From Pseudogymnoascus verrucosus (Eukaryota): a stretch of 64,000 nt of DNA. The notes beneath the pieces were generated by a model. The model was not told where the DNA came from. It did no database searches and saw only the letters and a list, made by a program, of their open reading frames with translations. Positions 12,061 through 24,920 of this stretch are shown here, in pieces. The position numbers and the translations under genes were made by a program. The stretch's first letter is position 1; each line of letters begins with the position of its first letter. The stretch lies in assembly GCA_001662655.1 (NCBI GenBank), contig KV460214.1; one strand, given 5' to 3'.

Positions 12061-13405
12061 ATGGACGGCAAGAAAAGAGATGATGATTATTCCATTGAGA
12101 TCCCTACGAAGGCGTCCCGCTCTTCGCCAGCACTCAACAGGCCGTCGCCCAGCATGGGGATGCCTTTGGCGCCTTCGAGCATTGTGAACAACCCAGGGCT
12201 TTCTGTGCTTGCATACTGTTTGGCCTCCATCAGTATGACTGTCATCAACAAGTTCTGCGTTTCAGGAGATAAATGGAATATGAGCTTCTTCTTCCTGGGA
12301 TTCCAGGTATGTCAACATCCTCCTCTGGCAGTAGAGAATTTGTCTGACAAAACTACAGTCAATCGTTTGCATTATTGCGATTCAGGCTTGCAAATCCATG
12401 GGCCTCATCAAAGACCTAGCGAAGTTTGACAATGAGAAGGCAAAGAGATGTATGTTTAGCACGAATATCCCACTATCTGACATATGCTGACCATGGTGTT
12501 ACCAGGGTTCCCAATCTCCCTTCTTCTCGTTGGAATGATCTACACAAGCACCAAGGCCCTCCAATTCCTCTCTGTACCAGTGTATACCATTTTCAAGAAC
12601 TTGACTATCATCGTTATTGCATACGGAGAAGTCCTTTGGTTCGGAGGAAGCGTCTCTCCTTCGTCCCTTTTCGCATTCGGACTCATGGTTCTCAGCTCCG
12701 TCATTGCTGCATGGGCAGATGTTCAGCACGCTCTAGCAGCCAGTGCTGGCACCTCGACCCTTTCTGGCCAAAACATCGAGGCAGCTGCCCAGCTTTCTAC
12801 CTTGAACGCTGGCTATGCTTGGATGGGACTTAATGTTTTCTTCACGGCCTCCTACGTCTTGGGCATGCGCAAGACTATCAAGAAGATGAACTTCAAGGAC
12901 TGGGACAGTGAGTTATTATCCCGAACAAGATGTTGACCAACGTACTGACCCATTCACAGCCATGTTCTATAACAATCTCCTTACCATCCCAGTGTTGATC
13001 GTCCTCTCCATCCTCATCGAAGACTGGTCATCCGTAAACTTCAACGCCAACTTCCCCGTCGAGTCTCGCAACAGCCAAATTCTGGCAATGATTTACTCTG
13101 GCCTGGCCACCATTTTCATCTCCTACGCCTCAGCATGGTGCATCCGTGTTACCTCATCGACCACATATTCCATGGTTGGAGCTCTCAACAAGCTGCCCAT
13201 TGCCGTTAGCGGTCTTGTCTTCTTCGATGCCCCTATCACCTTTGGTAGCGTGTCAGCTATTCTGTTGGGTTTCGTCAGTGGAATGGTCTACGCATGGGCA
13301 AAGGTCAGACAGGCTGCTGCATCAAAGATGAGCCTGCCAACCACCAACATTCCGATGAGCGCCAGCAGCCAAAGCGCGCGTGATGCTAACGCATCTAAAT
13401 TCTGA
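12061..13405 (+). CDS. VRG4: Golgi GDP-mannose transporter, 3 introns
   Basis: [35 protein letters not shown], and the GALNK nucleotide-sugar motif ([13 protein letters not shown]). Confidence 0.96.
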
Positions 13406-14301
13406 GATCGCAACAATCGCTCAGACTATTCTTAAAGAAGGCTCTTGTCAAAAGAGCCTCTAAGGTTTAATACAGGCCTGTTCTTGGAATTCAAAGCCTC
13501 CGGGACACGCGGATAGAGAGATGTTTGGCTTATGAGGTTGGGGGGGGGGGGAGGGACGTTAAGACGAAAGTGGCGAGATGCAGGCACCGACCTACGCCGA
13601 TTTGTTGGTTTTATTGTATTATATACTTGTTCTCTAGCATAGACTGCTTGTTTGTGCGACGGAGGCTGTTGGTCTGCCGCATACACGGTTTCTGTATTTT
13701 CTTGTGGGTGGGCTATAAAAAGGGGGGATTAGGCGCATGTTCCACAGCAGCTATTTTTATAGTACGATTAATGCGATACCAGAGAGACGCGTTCTAAGTG
13801 AAACTGCTACGTGCTCGATTACAGTCTATCCCTGTTTAATATTCATATGTTGTGGATGTTTACATTTCCATGCTCTTGTTTTGCTGCCTGTATTTCGTGG
13901 TCTACCACCTCTTCACTCTAAATTGCCAAAAACCCATTGGATTGTACCGAGACTGGCTTGCAAATTGGGCTGAATAGTGTATATTAAATTGATTTCAGGA
14001 GATCAAATCAATCTGACGATGTGGTGCATTTTGTCTTGGCTCTTTCAATTGTTATCATGCCTGTACTGTCCAGTATCCGAGAACTTGGTCGACTCCTAGC
14101 CTTGCGGCAAGGCTGAGTGATCGCCCGAAATTCTTTGGTGGGATGGGACGCCACCATTCCACTTCTAGCGTCACCGCCCGGGGCAGAACGAGAAATATAT
14201 AAAGTCTCCGAACCCCATTTGCCCAATGAGGATGTCTTGCACACCAGCTTCTCCCCTTCAAATTGGCTAAAACTGTGGCTTTGGGCCCCGGGAATCCTCC
14301 A

Positions 14302-16917
14302 ATGCCTGCCAAAACCGAATGCCAGAGGCCGTCTATCCTCTTCGTCGACGCCTATGACTCTTTTACGAATAATATCATATCGCTCCTCACAACAACTTTG
14401 AACTGCTCCGTGAGAGTCGTTCGAATCGATACACCGCTCTTTCCTACCGATGCCTCTCTCGCCGAGGAGCTGCGACAGTACGATGCCGTTGTCCTGGGAC
14501 CTGGGCCCGGGCACCCGGAGAATGAAGCAGACGTCGGGTTGATGCGGAGAATATGGGTAGCATCGGCCTATGCCAATGAGGAAGGTGGGCGCGACATCGA
14601 CACCAGGGTTGATATCCCCATACTGGGAATATGTCTGGGATTCCAAAGCTTGGGGTTGCAAGGCGGTGGAGCCATTCGGAGGCTGACCGGGGGCGGCATG
14701 CACGGTGTTGTCAGGCGCGTCACCCATTGCGGTGGTGGAATATATCAAGGAGTCGGAGAGGTTGATACGACGCTTTACCAGAGCCTTTGTGTCGATCTTG
14801 GGCAAAATGAAGTTTCAGATGAGATATGGGAGTCCGAAAAGTGGACTGCTAAGTGGAAATACACTGGGGTCGAAGGACAGGGCACAATCGAACCTTTGGC
14901 CTGGGTGGAGCAACAAGTTGAAGGAAGAGATAAGAGAATCTTGGTTGCATCGAAGCACTCTCAGAGGCCATGGTGGGGTTTACAGTACCACCCCGAGAGC
15001 ATATGCACGAACGAGGAAAGCAAAAAGGTCATCTTGAATTGGATGGACGAGGTAAACAATCACAACGCGCAAACTGGAAGGAAGATTGTACGAGGAGGGA
15101 AGGCAAAGGCAGGAATGCCGGTGCGACCTAGCCTGCTGGCACAAACGGAAGCCAAGAAGTTGGAAATGAACGGCTCGCGAGCAGAGTATGACTTCGAACA
15201 CGAGGACTTGAATTATGGATACGCGTCTAAGGTCGTCGATTTAGGCAGCAACTTGGACGTGCCAGACGTCATTGCGCGCATGGAAGCTGCTGGTCGAGAC
15301 CTAATTGTCTTGGAGAGCACAAATAACAACATTAGGGGCATTGGCTCCGAAATGGTCCGGGGGCGCTACACCACCATTGCTCTCCATGTGGATAATGCCT
15401 TGCGTGTAGAGTACTCGGTCGGGAACGCGTTTGCAAGCGTGTTGCCCGCGTCGAAGACGTCCGCTGCGCGAAGCAACCCCCAGAAAGTATTCATGGGAGG
15501 GTATGGTGGAATATGGCCATTCCTTGCAAGCTATCTCGATAAGAGGAAGATCAACGACGGGAACGTGGACGTACCATTTTGGGGCGGCTTTATGGGTTAT
15601 ACGACGTACGAGCTTGGATTAGAGGGCATCGACGTTGCGCCGCATTCTCCAGTTCCAGCTGATGGTACCGATCGACCGGATCTCAACTTCGCGTGGGTTA
15701 CTGATAGCATTGTCATCGATCACCAAGAAAATAAGGTGCATCTACAGCAACTTACGAAATCGTCCATAAACCAGGATGCTGAGCCCCTTTGGTGGGTTGA
15801 CGGGCGGGGCCAAGAACTCGTTGATTTCCTTAGCGGTGCATCCTCTGCTCTGGCAAAGACCCCTTCTGTTTCCACAGAATTCACAGCTCCGTCAAAAGTG
15901 GGGGCAAAGGCACGCACGCCAGAGTCAAGCGCATACGAGGCCTCTGTTCGGACCTGTCAATCGTATATCTCCGCTGGAGAATCTTACGAGCTGTGCCTCA
16001 CATCTCTCTCAACCTTGAGCGTCCCTACCGTTCCGGCCTCATCTTCAACGCCTCTCTCATCCAAGGATGCTCCTGCCCTATCAAGCCCAGCCTGGTCACT
16101 CTATCGCTCTCTCCGAGCGGCACAGCCCTCACCCTTCTCCTCTTTCATCCGCCTTGGTCCTGCGACTTTCATCTCTTGCTCCCCTGAGCGTTTCCTCTCA
16201 TGGACCTCCTCGGGGCGCTGCGAGCTGAGGCCAATGAAGGGCACGGTCAAGAAAAGCCTGGCGCCTACTCGTGCGGAAGCTGAGGCGTTGCTAGACGTCG
16301 AGAAGGAGCGCGCGGAGAATCTAATGATTGTCGACCTCGTCAGACACGACCTTTATGGTGTCTGTGGCGCTGGTAATGTGGCTGTGACTAGGCTCATGGG
16401 AGTTGAAGAGTACGAGAGCGTGTGGCAGATGGTGACTGTAGTCGTTGGCAACATACCTGGAGGAGACGACAATTCAGGGAGCCAAGAAAATCTCAACATG
16501 AAAGGTGTTCCCCAGGAGACCTCTGTCAGCGGCTTGGAACAAGGGCCTCGGTACTCCGGTATCGATGTCCTTGCCGCATCACTACCTCCGGGGTCGATGA
16601 CCGGTGCGCCAAAGAAGAGAAGCTGCGAGCTGTTGAACGAGATCGAACATGGACGAAGGAGCCTTTACAGCGGTGTCGTGGGATACATGGATGTTGGGGG
16701 CCGCGGTGACTTTAGCGTTAATATCCGCTGCGCATTCAAGTGGGACGATGAGTCTCAGAGCGATGACCAGGATACCTGGTACGTGGGGGCCGGCGGAGCT
16801 GTTACAGCACTCAGCGAGGATCGGGCCGAGAGGGAGGAGATGGAAACTAAGCTATTCAATACGCTGAATGGCTTCGGCTTAGGACTCAACTTGGGTAGGC
16901 CGCCAAAACCAACCTGA
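14302..16917 (+). CDS. ABZ1: Aminodeoxychorismate (PABA) synthase, fused GATase + chorismate-binding domains
   Basis: DAYDSFTNN, GPGPGHP, GICLG and QYHPES (class I GATase); GESYELCL, SPERFL, PMKGT, ENLMIVDLVRHDL and PPGSMTGAPK (MST family). Confidence 0.95.
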   Translation: MPAKTECQRPSILFVDAYDSFTNNIISLLTTTLNCSVRVVRIDTPLFPTDASLAEELRQYDAVVLGPGPGHPENEADVGLMRRIWVASAYANEEGGRDIDTRVDIPILGICLGFQSLGLQGGGAIRRLTGGGMHGVVRRVTHCGGGIYQGVGEVDTTLYQSLCVDLGQNEVSDEIWESEKWTAKWKYTGVEGQGTIEPLAWVEQQVEGRDKRILVASKHSQRPWWGLQYHPESICTNEESKKVILNWMDEVNNHNAQTGRKIVRGGKAKAGMPVRPSLLAQTEAKKLEMNGSRAEYDFEHEDLNYGYASKVVDLGSNLDVPDVIARMEAAGRDLIVLESTNNNIRGIGSEMVRGRYTTIALHVDNALRVEYSVGNAFASVLPASKTSAARSNPQKVFMGGYGGIWPFLASYLDKRKINDGNVDVPFWGGFMGYTTYELGLEGIDVAPHSPVPADGTDRPDLNFAWVTDSIVIDHQENKVHLQQLTKSSINQDAEPLWWVDGRGQELVDFLSGASSALAKTPSVSTEFTAPSKVGAKARTPESSAYEASVRTCQSYISAGESYELCLTSLSTLSVPTVPASSSTPLSSKDAPALSSPAWSLYRSLRAAQPSPFSSFIRLGPATFISCSPERFLSWTSSGRCELRPMKGTVKKSLAPTRAEAEALLDVEKERAENLMIVDLVRHDLYGVCGAGNVAVTRLMGVEEYESVWQMVTVVVGNIPGGDDNSGSQENLNMKGVPQETSVSGLEQGPRYSGIDVLAASLPPGSMTGAPKKRSCELLNEIEHGRRSLYSGVVGYMDVGGRGDFSVNIRCAFKWDDESQSDDQDTWYVGAGGAVTALSEDRAEREEMETKLFNTLNGFGLGLNLGRPPKPT

Positions 16918-17575
16918 AGATCTGGGGTGTATTACTATGGGAGGGTGGCTTGGATTTTTGCTTTCTGGCGTACAACGCACAGCGTCGCACAGCATTATTG
17001 GCTAGGTGTGGCATGACTCAACGTATTATGGGATTGGATTTTTGGAGCTTTGGAAACATCTGGGTATTTGCGGGCGTATACACCACTCAACGTGGAATAG
17101 AGTTACTGCGCGTAAGCTATGGAGTTAGTTTTACTGTAAATTATTAGATTTATACAGGGCGGAAATCTCAACTTGGTTAAGAACTGTTTGCTTTTGCAAT
17201 ACATATAATTACTTCTATACTACATTCTTACTCTGCTGGTATATGTGCAGTTTTACGGGCGAATGTTTTCTAGACTGGCATGAGGATCGAAAGCATAATG
17301 GTCACAAAATGTGGCCTTTGCTAACTTCATTATCCATGCTATTAGGTTTTGACAATCCAGGATCATAAACTGGGCATAAGAGTACGGAATTGACAAGACG
17401 CCTTGCAAATTATCTTTCATAATGGTACTGTACATAGACGCCAATTTCATGTTAAGCGCCAAGGTCGTCTATGCTTCCCTACGGATTCACGAGCCCTTTG
17501 TGCCCTTCCATCTTTGCCCAGCGGCGTAACGGCTAGTGGTATGAGCATCATAGCCAACCCAATTCAACCCACACC

Positions 17576-18493
17576 TTATGCGTCGTCAACATCCATCGTC
17601 TCCGTCGGGGCCTCGGCCTCAGCCTCATCATCCTTCCCCTCCGCAACAGCCTCAATCCACACCTTAACCTCCTGCCCATCATACAGCTTGAACGGCTCAA
17701 TATCTTGGCTTCCCTTTGGTGCAATGCCAACGATACCAATACTAGTATTCTCCACCGTCAAATCCTTATCCTGCGCTAAACTCTCTTTCAACGCCTTCAG
17801 CCCATGCGAGACCAGTTCCTCCCTGCTCGCATCAGCAAACTCATCTGCGTTCCTCTCCAAGTACGTCCTCGCCATCTGACTCCTCGCACCAATCGCACAC
17901 GCCACCATCTCCTGCGTCAGACCGCTAGGCTGGAACTCAAACAGGTGTGGCCCCGTCTCGTCAACGCCCACGACGATCAGTCCAACACCGTATGGGCGCT
18001 TGCCGTAGTGCTGGGTGTTGGTCTGGGCGCGGTCGCCGATGGCGGAGACGGCGCGCTCGATGGGGAGCGCGCGCCCGTATGTCAGGCGCGAGGAGAGCGA
18101 TTGCGACTTGAGGAAGTTGGAGAGGACGCGGGCGTCGGAGGCGAGGCCGGCGAGACCCAGACCGAAGTGCGAGTCGATCGCGATGACCTTCTTTTGGTAG
18201 GAGGAGAGCTCTTCTGCATTGCGCTGGGGATGGTCAGTGAGGTTGTTCGAGGAATCTGGGGGGTAGGGCGAGGGTGAGACGTACCTTGAGAGCTACGAGG
18301 ACGGCGTGTGTTTTGCTGACAAGACCGACAACGACGGAACCTTGCTTCACGGCCTCACTGGCATATTCGACCTGGAAGATTCGTCCCTGTGGAGAGCTTC
18401 AGGACTGTTAGCTACACCAAAGCAAGTTGAATACGTGGTGAAGTTGTAAGCTTACAAAGTGACCGAATCGTTGTCATAGTTGTTTCTGAACAT
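17576..18493 (-). CDS. PRE5: 20S proteasome alpha-6 subunit, 2 introns
   Basis: [60 protein letters not shown]. Confidence 0.96.
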
Positions 18494-19029
18494 CTTGGAT
18501 GGTTCGCAGCTTCGGCCGCTGGGTATCGACGATTAATTCCTGTGTATTCCTTCTCCTCTAGCTTTTATTTATCTCGTAGTTTGAGAGGCGTAGCGTGCGT
18601 ATGAGGAATGATGTGACTTCGAGGTGGGAATTGAAGCTGGCTGGTTATTGTCTTGTTGCTGGCTTGACAGCTCTCGTCCCAGGCAGGACAGGGCAACGCA
18701 GCACCTCAAGCTCCAAACGCGGTTAAGCGCGCTCGCCCATGTGTAGGTGATTGTGGAGCCTTATACACAAGGCTGCAATCAGTGTAGAGGTTGCTCAAGC
18801 TAACCGCATCGGGTGTGCACGTCAGCTCTCGCGAGCCGCCGAGAGGCTGCGCAATCGACATACAACAGACGTCAGTCACGATCCAGCATACTCTGTAGCC
18901 GCCGCGCTCTAATACGATTAAAACGATAGAGGACAGAGATAAACGTCCAACTCTATCGCCTCGAGGAAACGACGAAATAGACACATAGCAGGTCCCCACT
19001 TAACAACCGCCAAGGTGCCTACCTTCAGA

Positions 19030-19660
19030 ATGGCTGCTGGTCTCAAGACCATCATAGCGCTCTCCTTCGTACGTCCGCCCCGAACTCAACGATCCTCGTC
19101 TACCCCGCCTACTCCCCACGCCGAACTCCCCACTAACTGATTCCAACAGGTCCTCGCCGTAGGCTTCCTCCTCGTCATCCTCTCATGCGCCCTGTGGCAT
19201 GCATACTACCCGCTTCTCGTCGTCGCCACCTACGTTGTCGCACCTCTCCCGAACTGGATATGTTCGCGGTGCGCAAATCCTGATGACTTCGGCGCAGAGG
19301 GCGGCGGCAATGCGATTTTGGACTTTGGGAAGTTCGTTACGGGTGGGCTGGTTGTTATGGGTATTGGTGAGTTTGGATCTCTCTTTTATGGACTGAGGGT
19401 GGAATGTTGTGTTGGTTGGGGATGAGAGGAGGGGTTCTGGGCGGGGAGAAAGTGGCCATGCGGAGGAATGGCAGGATGCGTTTACAGAGTGAGAAGAGAG
19501 GAAGATTTGCTAACTGCCATCTACAGCACTTCCCGCAGTTCTCGCACACTCCGCAATTATCACCATTCCAGCCATGATAATGTCCATCATCGGCGGCCTC
19601 CTCATCTACGGAACCATCGTTACCTTCGGAATGTTCTTCCAAGAGGAGCAGGAGTTCTAA
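19030..19660 (+). CDS. VPS55: Vacuolar protein sorting 55, 2 introns
   Basis: Manual splicing gives MAAGLKTIIALSF/VLAVGFLLVILSCALW..APLPNWIC..DFGKFVTG../ALPAVLAHS..FFQEEQEF*. Confidence 0.93.
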
Positions 19661-19828
19661 GTCATAGGCACGCTTCGTGGAGGTAGACGGAAAGTAAGGA
19701 TCTCAATTACGGATGGGACGGAGGGATGTGGATATCAGAGGCACCATGGACTTGGTACGGTGTATCATTAGCATCATGTCACCTAAAGCGATCAGTTTGC
19801 GAATTTAATAAATTGAAACCCATCCTCC

Positions 19829-20250
19829 GAGGAAGCTGCGACTGGTAAATCGTTCTTTCCATATATCAGGGTTGAGAGTTGCGAGGAGGCTGCAACTGAG
19901 CCTTTGCTTTGAAATCATTCTTTCCATATAGGGATTGAAACCTCTGAGGAAGCTACGACTGAGCTTGCTTGGTAATCGTTCTTGCCATATATAAGGCTAG
20001 AGATCTAAAGGAAGCTGCGACGGAGTCTTCTTCATAATCGTTCTTCCCTTATGTAAGGCTGAAGCCCTCCAAGGAAGCTGCGATTGAGTTTGCTCGGTAA
20101 TCGTTCTTGCCATGTATAAGGTTGAAAAGCTTGAGGAAGTTGCGACTGAGTTTGCTTGGTAATCGTTCCTTCCATATATGTATATTGCTGAAGATCTCGA
20201 GGAAGCTGCGACTGAGTCTGATTAGAAATCGTTCTTTCCATGTATAGGGC
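19829..20250. repeat. Degenerate tandem array of 7 units, ~62 bp each
   Basis: GAGGAAGCTGCGACTGAG..(GG)TAATCGTTCTT(T/G)CCAT(A/G)TAT core starts at ~19829, 19883, 19946, 20008, 20071, 20133 and 20199. Confidence 0.9.
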
Positions 20251-20623
20251 TTTAGAGTTCCAAGGGCAGACAGGTTGGTTATCATGAAGACAGTGAGCAT
20301 GCATGGATTCACTCTCACAGGTTGTCTACTTTCATTCCTACGGTTATTACAATGGTCAGGATGTATGTTTTTATAAAATTTATTCTATTTATTTGCATCC
20401 AAAAGCTAGCATATACGCCAGTAGGTGTATCTAAAGCGTGGCAAATGGGCACACTGTTGGTCTAGTAAAATCGTAAGCCGACTCCTAAGACCCCCAAAAA
20501 CCCGCTATATATGCAGCAAATCCAGCTACATAGTGATCCCCAAACTCCGTGCTATGCATAGCGACGTCAAATCATGATAAAAGTACTGAAATCGCTGGAG
20601 ATAAAAAAAGAGGATATCGCCGC

Positions 20624-21463
20624 TTATAGCGTCTTCCAAGCAAGCTTGAAGCGCCCATCGGCCGGCTTGTAGTCGGAGAGGAACTCAACAGCTTCTTGGG
20701 CTGTCTTGGCTGGAACGATGATGCTGCGGTTGGATTCGCGAACAAAGCCAGAGCTGATCGAGTTGTCGACCCAGCTGAGGAGACCATCCCAGTATCCTTC
20801 GATGTTTAGGACGATTGTGCCGCGGCCGTGGATACCAAGCTGGTTCCACGTGACAACCTCCATAAGCTCCTCCAGCGTACCATATCCTCCTGGGAGGGCA
20901 ATGAACCCAGAGCCCGGTCCTCCCTTCATGACAGCCTGAGCCATCATCTGCTTTCTTGTGTGCATGTCGTCGACGATGGTAGTCGTTCCGTAGGTGGCCT
21001 CATCAGGGACGCCGTGCTTCCCTCCGTTCTTCGAAGGAGCCTTGCTATCTGGACCCTGCTCGAAGACGACGAGCGGTTCTGGAATAATCCCATGCACGGC
21101 GCTTGGTCCGGACAGACTGACGAGGGTACGAGCGATCTCGCCCATCAGTCCTACGGTTCCGCCACCGTACACGAGCTTAATGTTGTGCTTGTGGAATTCC
21201 CGCGCGAGGTCACGAGCCGCTTGCATGAATGCTGGGGAATTGCCCGAGGAAGCTCCGCAGAAAACACAAATAGTTCTTGGTGGTACATCCTCGGTGGGTG
21301 CGCTCTTCAGGTCGAGGGTGATCTCCTCGGTCTGTGGCGCCACGATGTCCACAGCGATCTTCTCGTTGAATGCGAGATCGGTTTGTAGCTGGGCATCGAA
21401 TGAGTTCTTGTTGTCGAACATGTCGAGGGTCTCAACGGGACCCATGTTAGATGGTGGCGACAT
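20624..21463 (-). CDS. LOG1: LOG-family nucleotide 5'-monophosphate phosphoribohydrolase (cytokinin-activating-like)
   Basis: ICVFCGASSG, LVYGGGTVGLMG, DMHTRK, and the LOG signature PGGYGTLEE. Confidence 0.92.
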   Translation of the reverse strand: MSPPSNMGPVETLDMFDNKNSFDAQLQTDLAFNEKIAVDIVAPQTEEITLDLKSAPTEDVPPRTICVFCGASSGNSPAFMQAARDLAREFHKHNIKLVYGGGTVGLMGEIARTLVSLSGPSAVHGIIPEPLVVFEQGPDSKAPSKNGGKHGVPDEATYGTTTIVDDMHTRKQMMAQAVMKGGPGSGFIALPGGYGTLEELMEVVTWNQLGIHGRGTIVLNIEGYWDGLLSWVDNSISSGFVRESNRSIIVPAKTAQEAVEFLSDYKPADGRFKLAWKTL

Positions 21464-22421
21464 AACTGAAGTCAGGGTTAGTCAGTGAGGTCTTGGGAGT
21501 AAGCGGGGTCGGGGAGATCTATCTTACCTGTGATCGGAATAAAGCCTTGGTCTTATAGATGTGTAAAATGATGAGAGTTCAACAGTGTTGACTGGTCGGT
21601 TTTGTGTCCTTCGTGGCGCGAGGTACAAAGGTGTCACTGGGTGTATTCTGGTGGATGAGGACCAGATGGCGGGCTGATCTAGTGTGAAACTCGCCGGAAA
21701 AGGAAAACCGAGGCGTTCCAAGTGTGTCTGTATGTGTAGAAACTCGAAGGTGGTAAATTTGTAGTATAATAGTAGTAAGGACCGTATAAATCCGTATATA
21801 TCCCTTTGATAATTCGTTTGTCTTGTGAGAGAAGATGAGTAGAGTATCGTTGGGGGCGACTCGGTGACTCTTATAGTGGCAGGGAAGCGGCGGGCGGCCG
21901 TAGACCAAGTGACCCAGAGTGACCCAAACTGACGTAGGACAGGCCGCGGGCAGCAGCGGCATAACGGTGTTTGACCAATAGAAATCGAGGGAATGGAACG
22001 TTAGTGTGAACCCTACGAGGCTATGCAAGGGGCCGCGTCCATCTCCCTTGTTTATCGCCACGTGACGCCTTGATAAGCTATTGGCGCTCGGCCTTCGCCA
22101 CGCCGAGGGTGTAGCGAACCACGGAAAGCGACGAGAATACACGATAATAGCTGTCTAAAGATGCTGAGCTCAAGGAAATTATAATGCTTATATATTAAAT
22201 AGCTGTTATAGTTCTAATAAATGCAGTAAATAAAATTATATTTGAGAAAATTGTTTACTGCTACTGTTTCTAATTCCAATCCCAGGCTAGCGAGGATGAT
22301 GTTGTGATGCATCCACTATTATCGACTACAGTACCAAGCGACGATCTCTGACGTCTCTTCAAGAGCCTCATCAACGACAGTACTGTACATACGAAGCTTC
22401 ATCCTTCAAACGCTTTTGAAG

Positions 22422-24493
22422 ATGGCTCCTCCAGCAGCTCCAGCTGCTGCCACAGCCGGTAGTACGAGCCGCGTGAGCGTAAGTACCTTAACCAGCCTCA
22501 ATTTAGTGGGGTTTCGTTGCTGACACCTTGCAAGCCATTCATCCAGTCTGCGGTTCAGGGAATCGCGATCTTTGTCGCCATTCAATTCGTCCTGGGGAAG
22601 TTATCGGGACAAAAGCCTGCGACGACCAAAGATGCTGCAGGAAACGTGATACCGGGCAACACCGGCGTCATTCCTCCGTATACTGCGCGACCAGACAAGC
22701 TTGCGGAAGGGGCTTCATACAATCCGATTCCGCAGCAGATCGCGCCGATATGGGAAGATAATGTCGCGGTGGACCTCGTTATTGTGGTATCCCCGACATT
22801 TGTGCATGAGCCACTCTCCAGAGTACCGAAGGAGCGGGTGATTGCAGATGAGACCGCGTTCAAAATTGGCGACTCCAGTGATAAGAGGGTTATTGACGCT
22901 GAGTTTGATGTACCGAAGGAGGTTCAAAACAATGGAACACTCTGGGGCCATTATTACATTGGAAAGACCGGAAGCACGCTCGACCCCTCAGTCGCCGGCT
23001 ATGATCCAGGAAACGCCTACCACTTCATCCGTCCTCTCACACAATATATCGCCAAGAAGAAGACCAAGAAGACCAAGAACCTTTTGACTGCGGCGGATGA
23101 AACGGAAGAGATTGATGAGGAAGACACTATCCAAGGTCCAATCATCAAATCTTTCTATCATCCAAACTTTACCATGTCGTTCGTCCCAAGCACAGGGGTT
23201 ATGTCGTACCCAAACATGCATCCTGCAGCTCGCCAGTTCACACACATCGAGTCAACTGGAGCCCGCGACGCGACTGGACAGAACGGCTGGTATTACCCTG
23301 TCTTCTTCGTCAACACATTCTGGCAACTCCGTGCCCACATGGAAGAGCTAAACTCGACCGTCACTCGTCTGCCAATCCACATTGACCTGAACAACCAGGC
23401 AAACTGGCTTTATAGCATCATTGCAAGCGTCGATGAAGGCCAGAAGGCGACTGCTAGGGCTGCTGCCATGGGAGGGCCATTGCCCCCTGGAGGAGGTGAT
23501 GGCTCCGAGTTCGAGATGATTAAGGAGGTTCTACTTGATACCAACATTTACCTGCTCGCCACGACTGTGATAGTCAGCATCTTCCACATGCTATTTGAAA
23601 TGCTCGCTTTCAAGAGCGATATTGTAAGTTTTCTCGTCGCAGATTATGTGGGTAGTTGCTAACTAGTCTAGTCGCATTTCCGCAACAAGAAGGATAACGT
23701 CGGTATTTCCGTCCGCGCCATCCTCGGAAACGTGTTTATGCAAGCTGTTATCTTCTTGTACCTCCTCGATAACAACGAGAACACCAGTTGGATGATTCTA
23801 GCTAGTCAAGGCATGGGGATCCTGCTTGAATTCTGGAAGGTAACCAAGATGGTCAACGTGCGCATTCGCCCGAACCCAAATTCCATCATCCCTTACCGCA
23901 TTGCTTTCGAAGACAAGCACAAGCTGTCCGAGACGGAAGAGAAGACAAAGGAATACGATGCCGTGGCATTCAAGTATCTCTATGCCATCGCGGTCCCGCT
24001 TCTCATCGCCTATGCTGCCTACTCTCTCATCTACGAGACGCACAAGTCGTGGTACTCCTTCATCATCGCGACTCTCGTCGGTTCCGTCTACGCCTACGGC
24101 TTCCTGATGATGGTGCCCTCGCTGTACATCAACTACCGCCTCAAGTCCGTCGCGCATATGCCAGCAAGGGCTATGACGTACAAGTTCCTCAACACGTTCA
24201 TCGACGACCTTTTCGCGTTCACGATTAAGATGCCGATGCTGCACCGCTTGGCGACGCTGCGTGACGATGTTATCTTCTTCGTGTACTTGTACCAGAGCTA
24301 TAAGTACAAGATTGATTACAAGCGCGTGAACGAGTTTGGACAAGGTGGTGATGATGAGGAGGTCGAGGAGAAGATTGCCAACAAGCCGCTGACTACTCCT
24401 GCCGGCGGGGATGCGAGTGTCAAGGTGGGAAATGCCGGTGAGGTGAAGGCATCGGGGAGCTCGAAGAAGGGAGGAGCAGCGAAGAGGAAGTAG
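22422..24493 (+). CDS. CLPTM1: CLPTM1-family ER membrane protein (lipid scramblase-like), 2 introns
   Basis: YYPVFFVNTFWQLR, LLDTNIYLL, FEMLAFKSDI, YINYRLKSVAHMP, YKFLNTFIDDLFAF, RVNEFGQ. Confidence 0.93.
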
Positions 24494-24920
24494 TGAAATT
24501 CTTCTAGTGAGTGGGATCGAGTGGCAGGGTGTAAAATTCCTAGATGCATACATAATGTCTATATACAGGAAGCGGCAGTATTTTATTGGAAGGTATGTTT
24601 CATATGGTATATTATTAATGCTGTTATAGCTACGCGATGAGGGAAATGCTAGCTCAGGTAGACAGAAAATACATAAATCAATACTCGGCCAAACCTGCAA
24701 CTTTCTTGAGGCTTTTCCGGCGAAGATCATACCACGGTGCACCTCACAAGTATAACCTTTTTAACCCCTGATATTTTAAGACAAGAAACGAAGAATACAA
24801 CAACCAGGCACAACCATCCCATATCCTCCACACCAACACCCCAAAGTCCACCACACCACCCGAACTAGCGAATAGAAACATCAACATGCCAGCGCGCACG
24901 TCCAGCGCAAGAGAAGACGC

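Noticed and set aside
13540..13551. Poly-G run of 12
   Set aside because: Simple homopolymer in the VRG4 3' region.
14008..14805. 265-aa minus-strand ORF
   Set aside because: Largely antisense to ABZ1, with no recognisable motifs; a shadow ORF.
19829..20250. CRISPR-like appearance of the ~62-bp array
   Set aside because: Eukaryotic context with no cas genes; the repeats are degenerate and the linkers are short and related to one another rather than unique spacers.
20032..20318. Short minus-strand ORFs with repeated peptides (KERLPSKLSRSFL)
   Set aside because: By-products of the tandem array; unit lengths are not consistently multiples of three.
23798..24742. 314-aa minus-strand ORF
   Set aside because: Antisense shadow of the codon-biased CLPTM1 last exon.
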